From contig OZ240219.1 in NCBI GenBank assembly GCA_965197645.1, forward strand, positions 1,504,001-1,568,000: 64,000 bases of DNA, written 5' to 3'. Source of the stretch: Dehalococcoidia bacterium (GTDB lineage Bacteria > Chloroflexota > Dehalococcoidia > Plut-88900). Shown here piece after piece: positions 28,130 to 37,625 of this stretch (the first letter of the stretch is position 1; the number at the start of each line of letters is the position of its first letter). Below the pieces are notes generated by a model. That model worked only from the letters and a program-made list of their open reading frames with translations, was not told the DNA's origin and ran no database searches. The translations under genes and the position numbers were made by a program.

Positions 28130-30181
28130 CTAGGGCACGAGCTTGGAGTCTTCAGGAGGGTACCGTGTCAATATCACGCTCCACCACCCCTGTTCTTCAG
28201 ACGGGCCGGAAACATTCAGCAGATAGAAGTCTAGCTTTTCCGTCCACTCCACGAAGAGATAGCCGCTCGCCGAAGTTACTCGCTCGTCTACCAGGAGGCC
28301 GAGGTCGTCACCGGTGGAGCGCTCCAGCAGATTGATCCTGAAGTCCACTGGCTCTGTCGATACGGCCTGCCAGTCTACTCTCCATCTGGAAGGAGCGATG
28401 AAGGGGTCGGTGTAGGCCTGTCCCGACCCTTGGTAGTTTCCGATTATCGAATTGAACGGATTTACCATTGGAAGGGGAGCGTCTATCGAGTCCCGCGGAA
28501 GGGTTACGAGACGCTCCCTTTCCGTTAGGAACCGGGTCGAATAGAGGGCCTCCTTGCAGCTCTCCTCCCCGTTGGGGTGGTAGGAAGCCCAGAAACATTG
28601 AAAGAGCCACTCCAGCTTATCCTTGAGCAGATAGACCTGAAGGGTCCTGTAGTCCAGCTCCGAGAAGAGGACCTCTTGGGACTCGTATCCGGCGAAAGTG
28701 GAGGAACTTCGGTCGTCCAACTCCGCCTCCGGGTTGTCCACGAGGAACTGGTCAACCTGCGGATCTATCAACTGCTCCAAGTTGGCGTCTGAGCCGACAA
28801 ATCGACGATAAACGTAGATGTTGGGGTTTTCACCAAAGCGGCTCGGTTTCCCCACTATGAGGACCAGTGACGTCGAGTAATCATCTCCTCCTACAGCAGC
28901 TGCCGCGGTGGACCTCACCTCTCTGGTTGCGTCCACCCAGTCGGTCGGGATCTCCAGGACGAAGTTGTTGCCCGAGTCGAAGACCTCTCGGGTAACTACG
29001 GGGACCTCTCTCTCGTTAGGTCTGAGGCCGAAGTCCACCCCGGGTATCAGCGGATTGAGGAGCAGTACGGCCAGCCCGCCAACCAGGCCCAAGCCCCACG
29101 TTGCCGTGGCAAAGGCGGCTATCACTCTCTTGGGCATCACCCTTGCCAGCCCCCAGAACGTGATGGGCCCTCCGGCTGCAGCAACGAACAGCAGAGTAAC
29201 GGCTGGGCCCGTCCCCATCCCCACCAGGAGGAGGGCTGCGACAAGGGGTATTTCGAACATCAAGGGTACGTTGATCAAGATCCCCAGCGTGGCGGCTATG
29301 ACTATACCCAACACGTTATCGCCCAGGTAGGTACCGACCGTATCGCGGCTGACCCACTGGATCGCCAGACCGCTGACGAAACCCGCTATCACCATTATCG
29401 GGCCAAGCCGGATCAGGTACTTCAAGCTGGTCTTGATCCAGACTCGGACGCCCTCCGTTAACGCTCGAGTCCAGGGGGCATTCTCTTGATCGACCAGGTC
29501 CGCGGCGGCCAGGTAACTTCCGGGCGCTCCCGCCCGTCGTTGCTTTATGAGGATGGCTACCACAGGCCCTATGAGCAGGCCAGCCATTATACTGAGGACT
29601 ATTCGTGAGCCGGCCAGCATGGGCGTGAAGATCAGAATGGCCATGAGTATCGCCGGGAGGTTCAACGTGGAGGACCCCAACGTGATGGCCAGGGTTGTCT
29701 CTATGCCCGCTCCCTTCCTGCGAAAAGCCGAGGAGACAGGCACAATGCAGGCGGAACAGAGGCTCATGGGGGAGCCAATCAGGAGCCCCTTCAGTGATCC
29801 CTTTATGCCGCTGCCCGTGAACGGTTGCCCATTGTCCTTTGGGAACAGGAATGCCTCGGTTAGGCCGGCGACCAGGAAGGCAAAGGTCATGCCCAGGGCC
29901 ACGAGTTGCAGGTAGGTTATCGAGAACTCCCACCACCTCGAAGCAAGGGAAGTATCGGGGCCGGTCTCGATGCAGAATCCCTGGAAACATTCGATTTCGG
30001 TGGCGCTGATCACCGCGAGGTCATCTTCGACCACATCCAGCTTGTCGATGCGGTTGAATAGCAGGAAGAGGACCAGCAGAGTAGCCAGCAGGACGAGACC
30101 GATCGCCCTCTTCTTTTTCAGGGTAGTATCGAACGTCGGCAGAGCCGCCAGTATGTTCCTGGGGTTGGCTATGGATTGCAT
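28130..30181 (-). CDS. ArsP/DUF318-type permease fused to a C-terminal extracytoplasmic region
   Basis: Multi-TM N-half with PMSLCSACIVP, SSTLN, INVPLMFEIP; hydrophilic ~300-aa C-terminus. Confidence 0.7.
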   Translation of the reverse strand: MQSIANPRNILAALPTFDTTLKKKRAIGLVLLATLLVLFLLFNRIDKLDVVEDDLAVISATEIECFQGFCIETGPDTSLASRWWEFSITYLQLVALGMTFAFLVAGLTEAFLFPKDNGQPFTGSGIKGSLKGLLIGSPMSLCSACIVPVSSAFRRKGAGIETTLAITLGSSTLNLPAILMAILIFTPMLAGSRIVLSIMAGLLIGPVVAILIKQRRAGAPGSYLAAADLVDQENAPWTRALTEGVRVWIKTSLKYLIRLGPIMVIAGFVSGLAIQWVSRDTVGTYLGDNVLGIVIAATLGILINVPLMFEIPLVAALLLVGMGTGPAVTLLFVAAAGGPITFWGLARVMPKRVIAAFATATWGLGLVGGLAVLLLNPLIPGVDFGLRPNEREVPVVTREVFDSGNNFVLEIPTDWVDATREVRSTAAAAVGGDDYSTSLVLIVGKPSRFGENPNIYVYRRFVGSDANLEQLIDPQVDQFLVDNPEAELDDRSSSTFAGYESQEVLFSELDYRTLQVYLLKDKLEWLFQCFWASYHPNGEESCKEALYSTRFLTERERLVTLPRDSIDAPLPMVNPFNSIIGNYQGSGQAYTDPFIAPSRWRVDWQAVSTEPVDFRINLLERSTGDDLGLLVDERVTSASGYLFVEWTEKLDFYLLNVSGPSEEQGWWSVILTRYPPEDSKLVP

Positions 30182-30325
30182 GGGAAGCCCAACCTTGGTA
30201 ACAAGGATATCCTAACCCAGGCCGCCATATCCGACAACACCAGCGGCCAAGGGAATATCTGGGATGGACGCACTACCGAGAATCGCTCCACGTGCCGTTC
30301 GCCTGACACCGCGGCCCGGCCGGTT

Positions 30326-31084
30326 CTATCGAACGTCTTTCCCACCGTCTATAACGTAAGCGGAGCCGGAAACGAACGCCGAGTCCTCGGAGGCGAGGTA
30401 AAGTATAAGACGGGCGACATCTTCTGGCTGTCCCGCCCTGCCCAGTGGGATGCCGGAGACTATCTCGTCGAAGGTGCCGGCGGCGCCTTCCACGGCCTGA
30501 GAGCCTGGGGTATCGATGAGGCCGGGAACGACACAGTTGGACCGGATGCCCTGGGAGGCGTACTGATTGCTGGTGGTCTTGGTGAGCTGTACCACTCCCG
30601 CCTTGCTGACGGCATAGGGGAACGAGAAAGAGGCGCCCCGCAGGACCACCGACGATGCGACGTTTACTATCGCTCCGCCACCCCGCTGCAGCATATGGGG
30701 TATGGAGTACTTGCAGGCGAGAAAGGTCCCCTTGACGTTGATATCCATAACCAGGTCCCACTCTTCTTCGGTGACGTCAACCAAGGGAGGGGTCGGCACC
30801 TGCCGTCCTGCAGCGTTGATGAGCAGGTCCAGTTGACCGTACCGGTCTACGGTGCGATGGATCATGTTTCGGACCTGGGAGGACTGGGACACGTCGGTGG
30901 GGACGAAGATAGCATCGCCGCCGGCCTCTCCTATCAGGGAAACGGTCTCCTCGCCGCCCTGGACGTTGACATCGGCCACGACGACCTTCGAGCCCTCCTC
31001 GGCGAACAGGAGGGCCGCGCCCCGTCCGATCCCCGAGCTTCCGCCGGTAACAATGCTTACTTTGCCGTCAAGCTTGCCTGTCAT
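30326..31084 (-). CDS. SDR-family oxidoreductase
   Basis: TGGSSGIG, NAAG, YAVSK, PGLIDT. Confidence 0.92.
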   Translation of the reverse strand: MTGKLDGKVSIVTGGSSGIGRGAALLFAEEGSKVVVADVNVQGGEETVSLIGEAGGDAIFVPTDVSQSSQVRNMIHRTVDRYGQLDLLINAAGRQVPTPPLVDVTEEEWDLVMDINVKGTFLACKYSIPHMLQRGGGAIVNVASSVVLRGASFSFPYAVSKAGVVQLTKTTSNQYASQGIRSNCVVPGLIDTPGSQAVEGAAGTFDEIVSGIPLGRAGQPEDVARLILYLASEDSAFVSGSAYVIDGGKDVR

Positions 31085-31172
31085 CTCTTTCACCCGACTA
31101 GAGTCTGGTGTGGAACATCCTTCCGACCATCCATCTGACACCCTTTCCCGGCCAAGAAATGGAGAGGAAATA

Positions 31173-31231
31173 GTATCTGAGGGACACCCTCAGACTCCAG
31201 GCAAAGGGGCTTCGCCCCTCTGCACACCCCA
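31173..31231 (+). repeat. REP-like two-hairpin repeat, short form
   Basis: GTATCTGAGGGACACCCTCAGACTCCAGGCAAAGGGGCTTCGCCCCTCTGCACACCCCA; 58/59 identical to 46569-46627. Confidence 0.85.
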
Positions 31232-31260
31232 AATGGCATCAGCCTGCGAGTCCGGGATGT

Positions 31261-32811
31261 TTAGCGGCCCTCCTTTATGAAATCTGCGACCCGTTCCGCT
31301 GTGGCCAGTACGGTGGCGTTGAGGTTGGCCCTCACGCAATGGGGCATCGTCGAGGCGTCTACGACTCGTAAACCCTCCGTGCCGAACACCTTGCCGTACT
31401 GGTCGACGACAGCCAGGGGATCGGAGGAAGGGCCCATCTTGCAGGTGCCGCAGATATGGTGGGCGGTCCTCACCTCCTGCTTGACCCAGAGATCGAGGGC
31501 GTCGTCGGATGCCAGGATCTCGTCCGAGGGGGCCAGCCGTTCCTCGACCATATCGTCGAAGACAGGGTGCTTGAACAGGTCGGCACAAAGCCTTATCCCC
31601 TCGCGGTACCTGGAGCGGTCCAGGGGGTCCTCCATGTAGTTGTAGTCCAGGTAGGGCGGTTGCCGCGGGTCAGTGGACTGAATCCGTAGCTCGCCGCTGC
31701 TGAGGCTGAGATACGTGCAAACATACACGCTTATGCCGTGGTCCATGCTTTCGTCCATGCCTCTGCCGGGCGCCTCGGCGAGACGGTTGTTCATATACAC
31801 GATCATATCGTTCTCGTAGGGAGACCCGGTGGCAGTGTAGCGAAGGGTAACGGCGCCGCCCGCAACCCGCTCCTCGTTTACCGGGTAGGAATCCTTCGTG
31901 CTCCAACCGATGTCAATGGAGGTGTGGTCCCGAAGGTTGAGTCCCACTCCGGGCAGGTCCTGGACCACCGGAATCCCCAGGCGGGTCAGCTGCTCGGCGG
32001 GCCCCACTCCTGACAGGCCGAGGATATGAGGAGTCTCCACGGCGCCTGCACACAGGATTATCTCCTCCCCCTGCACGGTGAACATCTCTCCTCCGCTGAC
32101 CAACAGGAGTCCCGTGGCCCGGTTGCCATCGAAGATGATCCCGTGGACCAGGCAGTTGGGTCTGATGTTGAGGTTCACCCGGTGCCGAGCGGGGTCCAGG
32201 TATCCTAGGGCCGTGCTCCAACGCACCCGATCGACGATGTTGAAAGCGATAGGTCCCACACCGGTGGAGTCCGGCCGGTTGTGATCGGGGCAGTCGGGGA
32301 AACCTGCGTCTATGCAGGCATCGTAGAAGGCCTTCTGCTGAGGTCCCCACTCGTCGGGTGGGAAGCGCCGGCATTGGATCGGGCCACTGGCGCCGTGATA
32401 CTCGTCACGGAAGTCCCGATCGTTCTCGCTCTTCCTGAAGTAAGGGAGTATCTTCTCGAAGCTCCACTCGTCGTTGCCCTGTTCCGCCCACAGATCGTAG
32501 TCTTCCCGCACACCCCGCAGGAACTGGGCGCCATTGACTGCGCTGGACCCGCCTGTAGCCTTGCCCCTGGGTATCAGGACGGGCAGAGACTCGTCGGTTG
32601 AACGGGCCTCGTAGTTCCACAGGTGCTCGCTTTCGTAGACGTCGGGCCTTTCGCCATACAGATACTTGAGCTCGGCAGGCAGGCGATCGATGTCAGGAAA
32701 GTCCTCGCCCGCCTCCACCAACAGCACTGACCTGTTGGGGTCCTCGGTCAGCCGGTTGGCCAGCACTCCGCCGGCCGAGCCCGCTCCGACTATGATGTAA
32801 TCGTACTTCAT
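31261..32811 (-). CDS. GMC-family FAD oxidoreductase (choline dehydrogenase/MftG-like)
   Basis: IVGAGSAG, RGKATGGSSAVNG, HICGTCKMG, LRVVDAS. Confidence 0.9.
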   Translation of the reverse strand: MKYDYIIVGAGSAGGVLANRLTEDPNRSVLLVEAGEDFPDIDRLPAELKYLYGERPDVYESEHLWNYEARSTDESLPVLIPRGKATGGSSAVNGAQFLRGVREDYDLWAEQGNDEWSFEKILPYFRKSENDRDFRDEYHGASGPIQCRRFPPDEWGPQQKAFYDACIDAGFPDCPDHNRPDSTGVGPIAFNIVDRVRWSTALGYLDPARHRVNLNIRPNCLVHGIIFDGNRATGLLLVSGGEMFTVQGEEIILCAGAVETPHILGLSGVGPAEQLTRLGIPVVQDLPGVGLNLRDHTSIDIGWSTKDSYPVNEERVAGGAVTLRYTATGSPYENDMIVYMNNRLAEAPGRGMDESMDHGISVYVCTYLSLSSGELRIQSTDPRQPPYLDYNYMEDPLDRSRYREGIRLCADLFKHPVFDDMVEERLAPSDEILASDDALDLWVKQEVRTAHHICGTCKMGPSSDPLAVVDQYGKVFGTEGLRVVDASTMPHCVRANLNATVLATAERVADFIKEGR

Positions 32812-33016
32812 GCTCCACCTCCTATTCCGACAATTCGGCCGGGCTTCTACCCCTTGTAGACCGCTTAGCCGACTATCAGCGTCTCCACGGGAAAGTCCTA
32901 GATAGTGCTGGGACCGATGGTAGTGAGGTCGTCCCTGTTTAGAACAATCAGACCGGTTGCATGATTCCCGGGAGACATGCCGGGCCTCCTTACATTCAGA
33001 TCGGTCTATGTAACGA

Positions 33017-34150
33017 TCAGCCGGCCAAGGCGGGTACCCGGGAGAGGATAACGCCGCCCGCCAGGGCCGACCCGATAACGCCAGCTACGTTGGGGCCCAT
33101 AGCGTGCATGATCAGGAAGTTATCGGGGTTCTCTTTCTGGCCTACTCGCTGGACCACACGAGCGGCCATTGGCACCGCAGATACTCCGGCAGCGCCGATC
33201 AATGGATTGATCTTTCTGCCCGATATAACCATCATCACCTTTCCGAATAGGATACCGCTTGCGGTGCCGATGATAAAGGCGCCCAGGCCGAGGCCCAGAA
33301 TCTTGAGAGTGCCTAGCTGGAGGAAGGCATCTCCGGTCATGGTCGAGCCGATGACCAACCCCAGGAAGATGGTAACTATGTTGATCAGCTCGTTCTGGGA
33401 GGTGTTGGAGAGCCGCTCCACCACTCCGGACTCTCGCATCAGGTTGCCGAACATGAACATGGCCAGCAATGGGACCGCCTTCGGGGCCAGAAGACCGCCG
33501 GCAACGGCTACCACAATCGGTAGAAGCACCTTGAGGAGCTTGGGTATAGGCCTATCGGTGTACTCCATCTTGATGCTCCGTTCCGCCTTGGTTGTGAGCA
33601 GCATCATGATGGGCGGCTGGATCAGGGGTACCATGGCCATGTAGGAGTAGGCGGCAACCACTACGGGCGCCAGTATCTCGTTGGGACAGGTCTCCGTATC
33701 GGGACAGAGCTGGGTAGCGACGAAGATCGTCGTGGGTCCATCGGCGGAGCCGATTATCCCTATCGATCCGGCCTCCCTAAGGGAAAAGTCCAATGCGATG
33801 GCGGTCATCAGGCTTACGAAGATGCCCGCCTGGGCGGCGGCGCCCAGCAGTATAGTGCTGGGCCGTTGCAACATGGGGGTGAAGTCGGTCAGGGCGCCCA
33901 GGCCGAGGAACATAAGGAGGGGGAACAGCTCGTTATCGAGGCCGCTTTCCTTGAGGACCGTCAGCACGCCGTGCTCTCCGGTCAGACCGCCAAGGGGGAG
34001 ATTGGTGACCATGGCCCCGAGACCGATGGGCAGGAGCAACAGAGGTTCGAATCGCCAGCGGATGGCGAGCAGGATCAACACCCCGCCCACTATCATCATG
34101 GCGACGGCTCGCCACTCCAGCGCTGTGAAGCCTTCGAATAGGTCTTCTAT
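33017..34150 (-). CDS. oadB: Na+-translocating carboxylate decarboxylase beta subunit (OadB/MmdB/GcdB family); start ATA 34150 proposed, else ATG 34099
   Basis: FEPLLLLPIG, IGIIGSADGPT, AYSYMAMVPLIQPP, GVSAVPMAARV, HAMGPNVAGVIGS. Confidence 0.9.
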   Translation of the reverse strand: MEDLFEGFTALEWRAVAMMIVGGVLILLAIRWRFEPLLLLPIGLGAMVTNLPLGGLTGEHGVLTVLKESGLDNELFPLLMFLGLGALTDFTPMLQRPSTILLGAAAQAGIFVSLMTAIALDFSLREAGSIGIIGSADGPTTIFVATQLCPDTETCPNEILAPVVVAAYSYMAMVPLIQPPIMMLLTTKAERSIKMEYTDRPIPKLLKVLLPIVVAVAGGLLAPKAVPLLAMFMFGNLMRESGVVERLSNTSQNELINIVTIFLGLVIGSTMTGDAFLQLGTLKILGLGLGAFIIGTASGILFGKVMMVISGRKINPLIGAAGVSAVPMAARVVQRVGQKENPDNFLIMHAMGPNVAGVIGSALAGGVILSRVPALAG

Positions 34151-34163
34151 CTCGCTCCTCCCC

Positions 34164-34481
34164 TCAGTCCTTCTGTTCGGTTTCTTCGGACATGAAGATG
34201 GCTACGGCCACGGCTGCTGCCCGGGCCGCCCGCTCCTGAGAGTCGTCAGGAGCCGGATCGGCGGGAGCCGGTGTAGCGGCGGTCTCAGGGGGTGGCGCTA
34301 CGGCGGCCGGCGGGGCTTCCGGGGTGGCGGTGACCAGGGACGTATCCCGCTTCGGTTGCAGTCTGCCTTCGATGGTGTCGATGGCGAACCGCATCACCAG
34401 GATCAGCACGAGAATAGAGACCAGGGCCAGGAACACCATCCCGACCCCGATGCCCGCAATCTCTAGTCCATCGCTGTACAA
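34164..34481 (-). CDS. oadG: OadG-family decarboxylase gamma/delta subunit
   Basis: N-terminal TM (GVGMVFLAL), Pro/Ala linker, AAAVAVAI motif, adjacent to oadB. Confidence 0.75.
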   Translation of the reverse strand: MYSDGLEIAGIGVGMVFLALVSILVLILVMRFAIDTIEGRLQPKRDTSLVTATPEAPPAAVAPPPETAATPAPADPAPDDSQERAARAAAVAVAIFMSEETEQKD

Positions 34482-34558
34482 CTTGCTCTCCCGCTATACG
34501 CGACCGAACACTGTGATGGTTGCGATGACAAGCCTACCTGTTCGATAGACGCCGAGAA

Positions 34559-35128
34559 TCAGGTGATGGCGCCGACCCAGAGACCTTCGAAGAACTCGGG
34601 AGTGAGCTCTATCATGGCGTCGGACACCTCCATAAGGTCTCTGGACTGGTTGCTCTCGAAGCAGGCCACCTCGACAAACTTGCCAAGGTTCTTGACCGTC
34701 TGCACGGCATAGACGAAGTCGCCATCACCGCTGACCAGAACGGCCGTAGTGTACATCTCCCGCCACGCCAGGTGAAGCATGTCCGTGGCGAGCATGATAT
34801 CCACGCCCTTTTCGATGGCGACACCCCTTCTGTATGCAGACCGTCCCAGTCTGACCTCCAGATAGGGTGTGCCGTGGAGGATGCTGAGGAACTTCTGTTG
34901 CTGCCAGAAGGCCTGGGGCTTGCGCCGGCTGTCCTGCAGTATGTTGTAGTAGTAGGTCCGCAGGAGGCTCCGGCCTCTCAGCAGCGCCTGGATGAACCTG
35001 GAAAAGCTGAGGTCGGCCCGCTTGCAGTTCTCCTCCAATGCGTGATACAGGTTGCTGCCATCGATGAAAATTGCTACTCGTTGTCCGTTACCGGAGGCAT
35101 ATCCATATTCCTGGATTTGTTGCGTCAT
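34559..35128 (-). CDS. NYN-domain protein (LabA/DUF88, PIN-like)
   Basis: IFIDGSNL, EKGVDI.LA.D, LVSGDGDF. Confidence 0.9.
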   Translation of the reverse strand: MTQQIQEYGYASGNGQRVAIFIDGSNLYHALEENCKRADLSFSRFIQALLRGRSLLRTYYYNILQDSRRKPQAFWQQQKFLSILHGTPYLEVRLGRSAYRRGVAIEKGVDIMLATDMLHLAWREMYTTAVLVSGDGDFVYAVQTVKNLGKFVEVACFESNQSRDLMEVSDAMIELTPEFFEGLWVGAIT

Positions 35129-35236
35129 TGCGTAGTGAAATAAGGGTCCTTTCTTGTAGCTATCAAGGGTGAAGTATAGCCTAGCTGTAGCTAATTACCA
35201 AGAGCCGGCTTGTAAGTCCTCGGGGCCGCCAGTATA

Positions 35237-36763
35237 ATGACGCCGTTCAAGCTCATAGATTCGGATCCCACATCAGTAGAGCCGACCCAGGTGTCACCCC
35301 GGAAATCATCGACGAGAACCCCCTCCCCCGCCCTTCATCCCGACTTTGAAAAGGCCTTCAGCCCAGAGTCCGTTGCCGTGGTGGGCGCCTCCAGCGACGT
35401 TAAGAAGGCCGGGTCCAACTGGCGCAATCCGGCCGGCAGGTTCGTTCCCGACCTCATCAAGGTGGGCTTCCCCGGCAGGATATACCCGGTCAATCCGAAG
35501 GCCGACGAGATAGACGGCCTGAAGGCGTACCCCAACCTTTCGGCGCTGCCCGAAGTCCCCGACCTGGTAACCATCACCGTGCCCGCTCGGTTCCTGGCCG
35601 CCGTGCTGGAAGAGTGTGGGAGGGTTGGGGCGCTCAACGTACACGTGTTCACCTCGGGGCTGCTGGAGTTGGCGACGGAGCGCGGCGATAGGTTGCAGCA
35701 AGAGGTCCAGGAAGCCGCAGCGAAGTCCGGGGCGCGGATCATCGGCCCCAACTGCATGGGCATCCACGTACCTAAGAGCCGCCTATCGACGATCACCGAC
35801 ACGATGGGAAAACCGGGCAGGGCGGCTTTCGTGGCCCAGAGTGGGGGCCACGCCATGCACATGATCGAGTTCGCCGCCGAGATGGACCTTAGGCTCAGCA
35901 AGGTAGTCAGCTTCGGTAATGCGATGGTCCTGGAAGGCACAGACTACCTGGAGTACCTCGCCACCGACCCCGACACCGAGGTCATTGGCATGTACCTGGA
36001 GGGGGTCAAGGACGGCAGCCGCCTGATGCAGGTGGTGAGAGAGGTCAACCGGACCAAGCCGGTCATCATCTGGAAGGGCGGTCTGACCGAATCGGGATCC
36101 AGGGCTGCGGCCTCGCATACCGGCTCGCTGGCGGGGCAGCGGCAGATATGGGACGCCTTCTTCGCACAGACCGGGGCTATACAGGCCGGCTCTGCAGAGG
36201 AGGTGGGCGAGGTGATGCGGGCCTTCACTTATCTACCTCCCATCGGGAACAACCGGGCAGTGCTGGTTGGCGCCGGCGGAGGGAACAACGTGGCCTCAGC
36301 GGATATCTGCTCGGAGGAAGGGCTGGACCTGACACCCCTCTCCGCAGAGACCAGCGAGAGGCTTCGCGGCTTCGTGCCGGACGCCGGCAACAGCGTACGG
36401 AATCCTCTCGACCTCTCCTTCGGTATGAGGGAGAAGACTCACACCCAGCAAGCGGTGGAGATAGTAGCGCGGGACGAGGGAGCAGACTTTATACTGGTGA
36501 TGCCCCCCATCGAGATGTTCGTCGACTCGGCGTCTACACCTGAAGACTCGATAACCGGCGAGCTGGTCAAGATCGCCGAGGACAGCGCTGCCGGGAAACC
36601 CTTGATCCCTATCATCTCGGAGCGGCTATCGGACTCCGATGTCAAGATCGATTACAGGTTGCTCTATCGCAAGTTGGCGGAGGCCGGGATATTGACCTAC
36701 AGCTCCCTGGGCAGGGCCGCCAGAGCGCTGTCCCGATTCACCGCCTACCACCGCAGGGCATAG
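35237..36763 (+). CDS. Acyl-CoA synthetase (ADP-forming) alpha-like CoA-binding protein; true start may be downstream (e.g. GTG 35291)
   Basis: SVAVVGAS, IIGPNCMG, QSGG, SHTGSLAG phospho-His; TTGTAA-N17-TATAAT overlaps ATG 35237. Confidence 0.85.
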   Translation: MTPFKLIDSDPTSVEPTQVSPRKSSTRTPSPALHPDFEKAFSPESVAVVGASSDVKKAGSNWRNPAGRFVPDLIKVGFPGRIYPVNPKADEIDGLKAYPNLSALPEVPDLVTITVPARFLAAVLEECGRVGALNVHVFTSGLLELATERGDRLQQEVQEAAAKSGARIIGPNCMGIHVPKSRLSTITDTMGKPGRAAFVAQSGGHAMHMIEFAAEMDLRLSKVVSFGNAMVLEGTDYLEYLATDPDTEVIGMYLEGVKDGSRLMQVVREVNRTKPVIIWKGGLTESGSRAAASHTGSLAGQRQIWDAFFAQTGAIQAGSAEEVGEVMRAFTYLPPIGNNRAVLVGAGGGNNVASADICSEEGLDLTPLSAETSERLRGFVPDAGNSVRNPLDLSFGMREKTHTQQAVEIVARDEGADFILVMPPIEMFVDSASTPEDSITGELVKIAEDSAAGKPLIPIISERLSDSDVKIDYRLLYRKLAEAGILTYSSLGRAARALSRFTAYHRRA

Positions 36764-36780
36764 CTCGGCGGTAGACGCGT

Positions 36781-37470
36781 TCAACCCTCGTCCAGCACTC
36801 TGGATAGGAACGCGCCGGTATCGGACAGGTCTGAAAAGAGCAAGGTTGGCTCGTGCCGGCCCAGCTGCTCCTCCGAATAGTAGCCGGTGGCCACGGCGAC
36901 GGTCTTCACCCCGTTGGCTCTGCCGGCCTGCACGTCTCGAGGAGAGTCGCCGATGACGCAGATGTCATCCTTGGAGTATCCGGCGCCGGACCAGGCCTGG
37001 CAACGCTCGATGCCCAGGGCCACGATCTCGGAGCGCTCGGTGGAGTCGCCGCCAAACCCGCCCTCGGAAAAGTAGCCGTCCAGACCGTACTTCCTGAGCT
37101 TGACGAAGGCCGTCTCCCGGAAGTTGCCGGTGACAAGGCCCAGATGGACGTCTTCCCGTTGGGACAGCCGGTCCAATAGGGTCCTGACGCCGGGGGAATC
37201 CCCGCCTTCGGTCCAGGCGTCCAGTACCGATTCCAGGTTGCGGACGTAGGCGTGCTTGAATCTGCCCATGACGTCGTCGGAGTTGGGGATGTTCCACTTG
37301 GCGAAGGCTTCCCCCACTATGGAGAGGTCCATTCTTCCCGCGAAGTCGATGCCTTCGAACCCATCTTCGACACCGAACATCTCCTTAAAGGCGGTGTTCA
37401 GGGCCAGCCTATCGCCTCCAGCGGTGCTCAGGAGGGTCTGATCGACGTCGAATAGGAGCAGTCTGGCCAT
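36781..37470 (-). CDS. HAD-family hydrolase
   Basis: FDVDQTL, LVTGN, IGDSPRDV. Confidence 0.88.
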   Translation of the reverse strand: MARLLLFDVDQTLLSTAGGDRLALNTAFKEMFGVEDGFEGIDFAGRMDLSIVGEAFAKWNIPNSDDVMGRFKHAYVRNLESVLDAWTEGGDSPGVRTLLDRLSQREDVHLGLVTGNFRETAFVKLRKYGLDGYFSEGGFGGDSTERSEIVALGIERCQAWSGAGYSKDDICVIGDSPRDVQAGRANGVKTVAVATGYYSEEQLGRHEPTLLFSDLSDTGAFLSRVLDEG

Positions 37471-37625
37471 ATGGGCCCCCTCCGTCTAATCGACCAACTC
37501 ATGTGGTGAGGATCTAGCGCGGAAGGTGAGTATAGAGGAGCAGGCCCGGCAAGACCACAGCGCAGAGCACGGCTATAATTCAAGTGCAACCGGACTAATC
37601 GGTCAGGACTGAAGGTGGAAGATCG

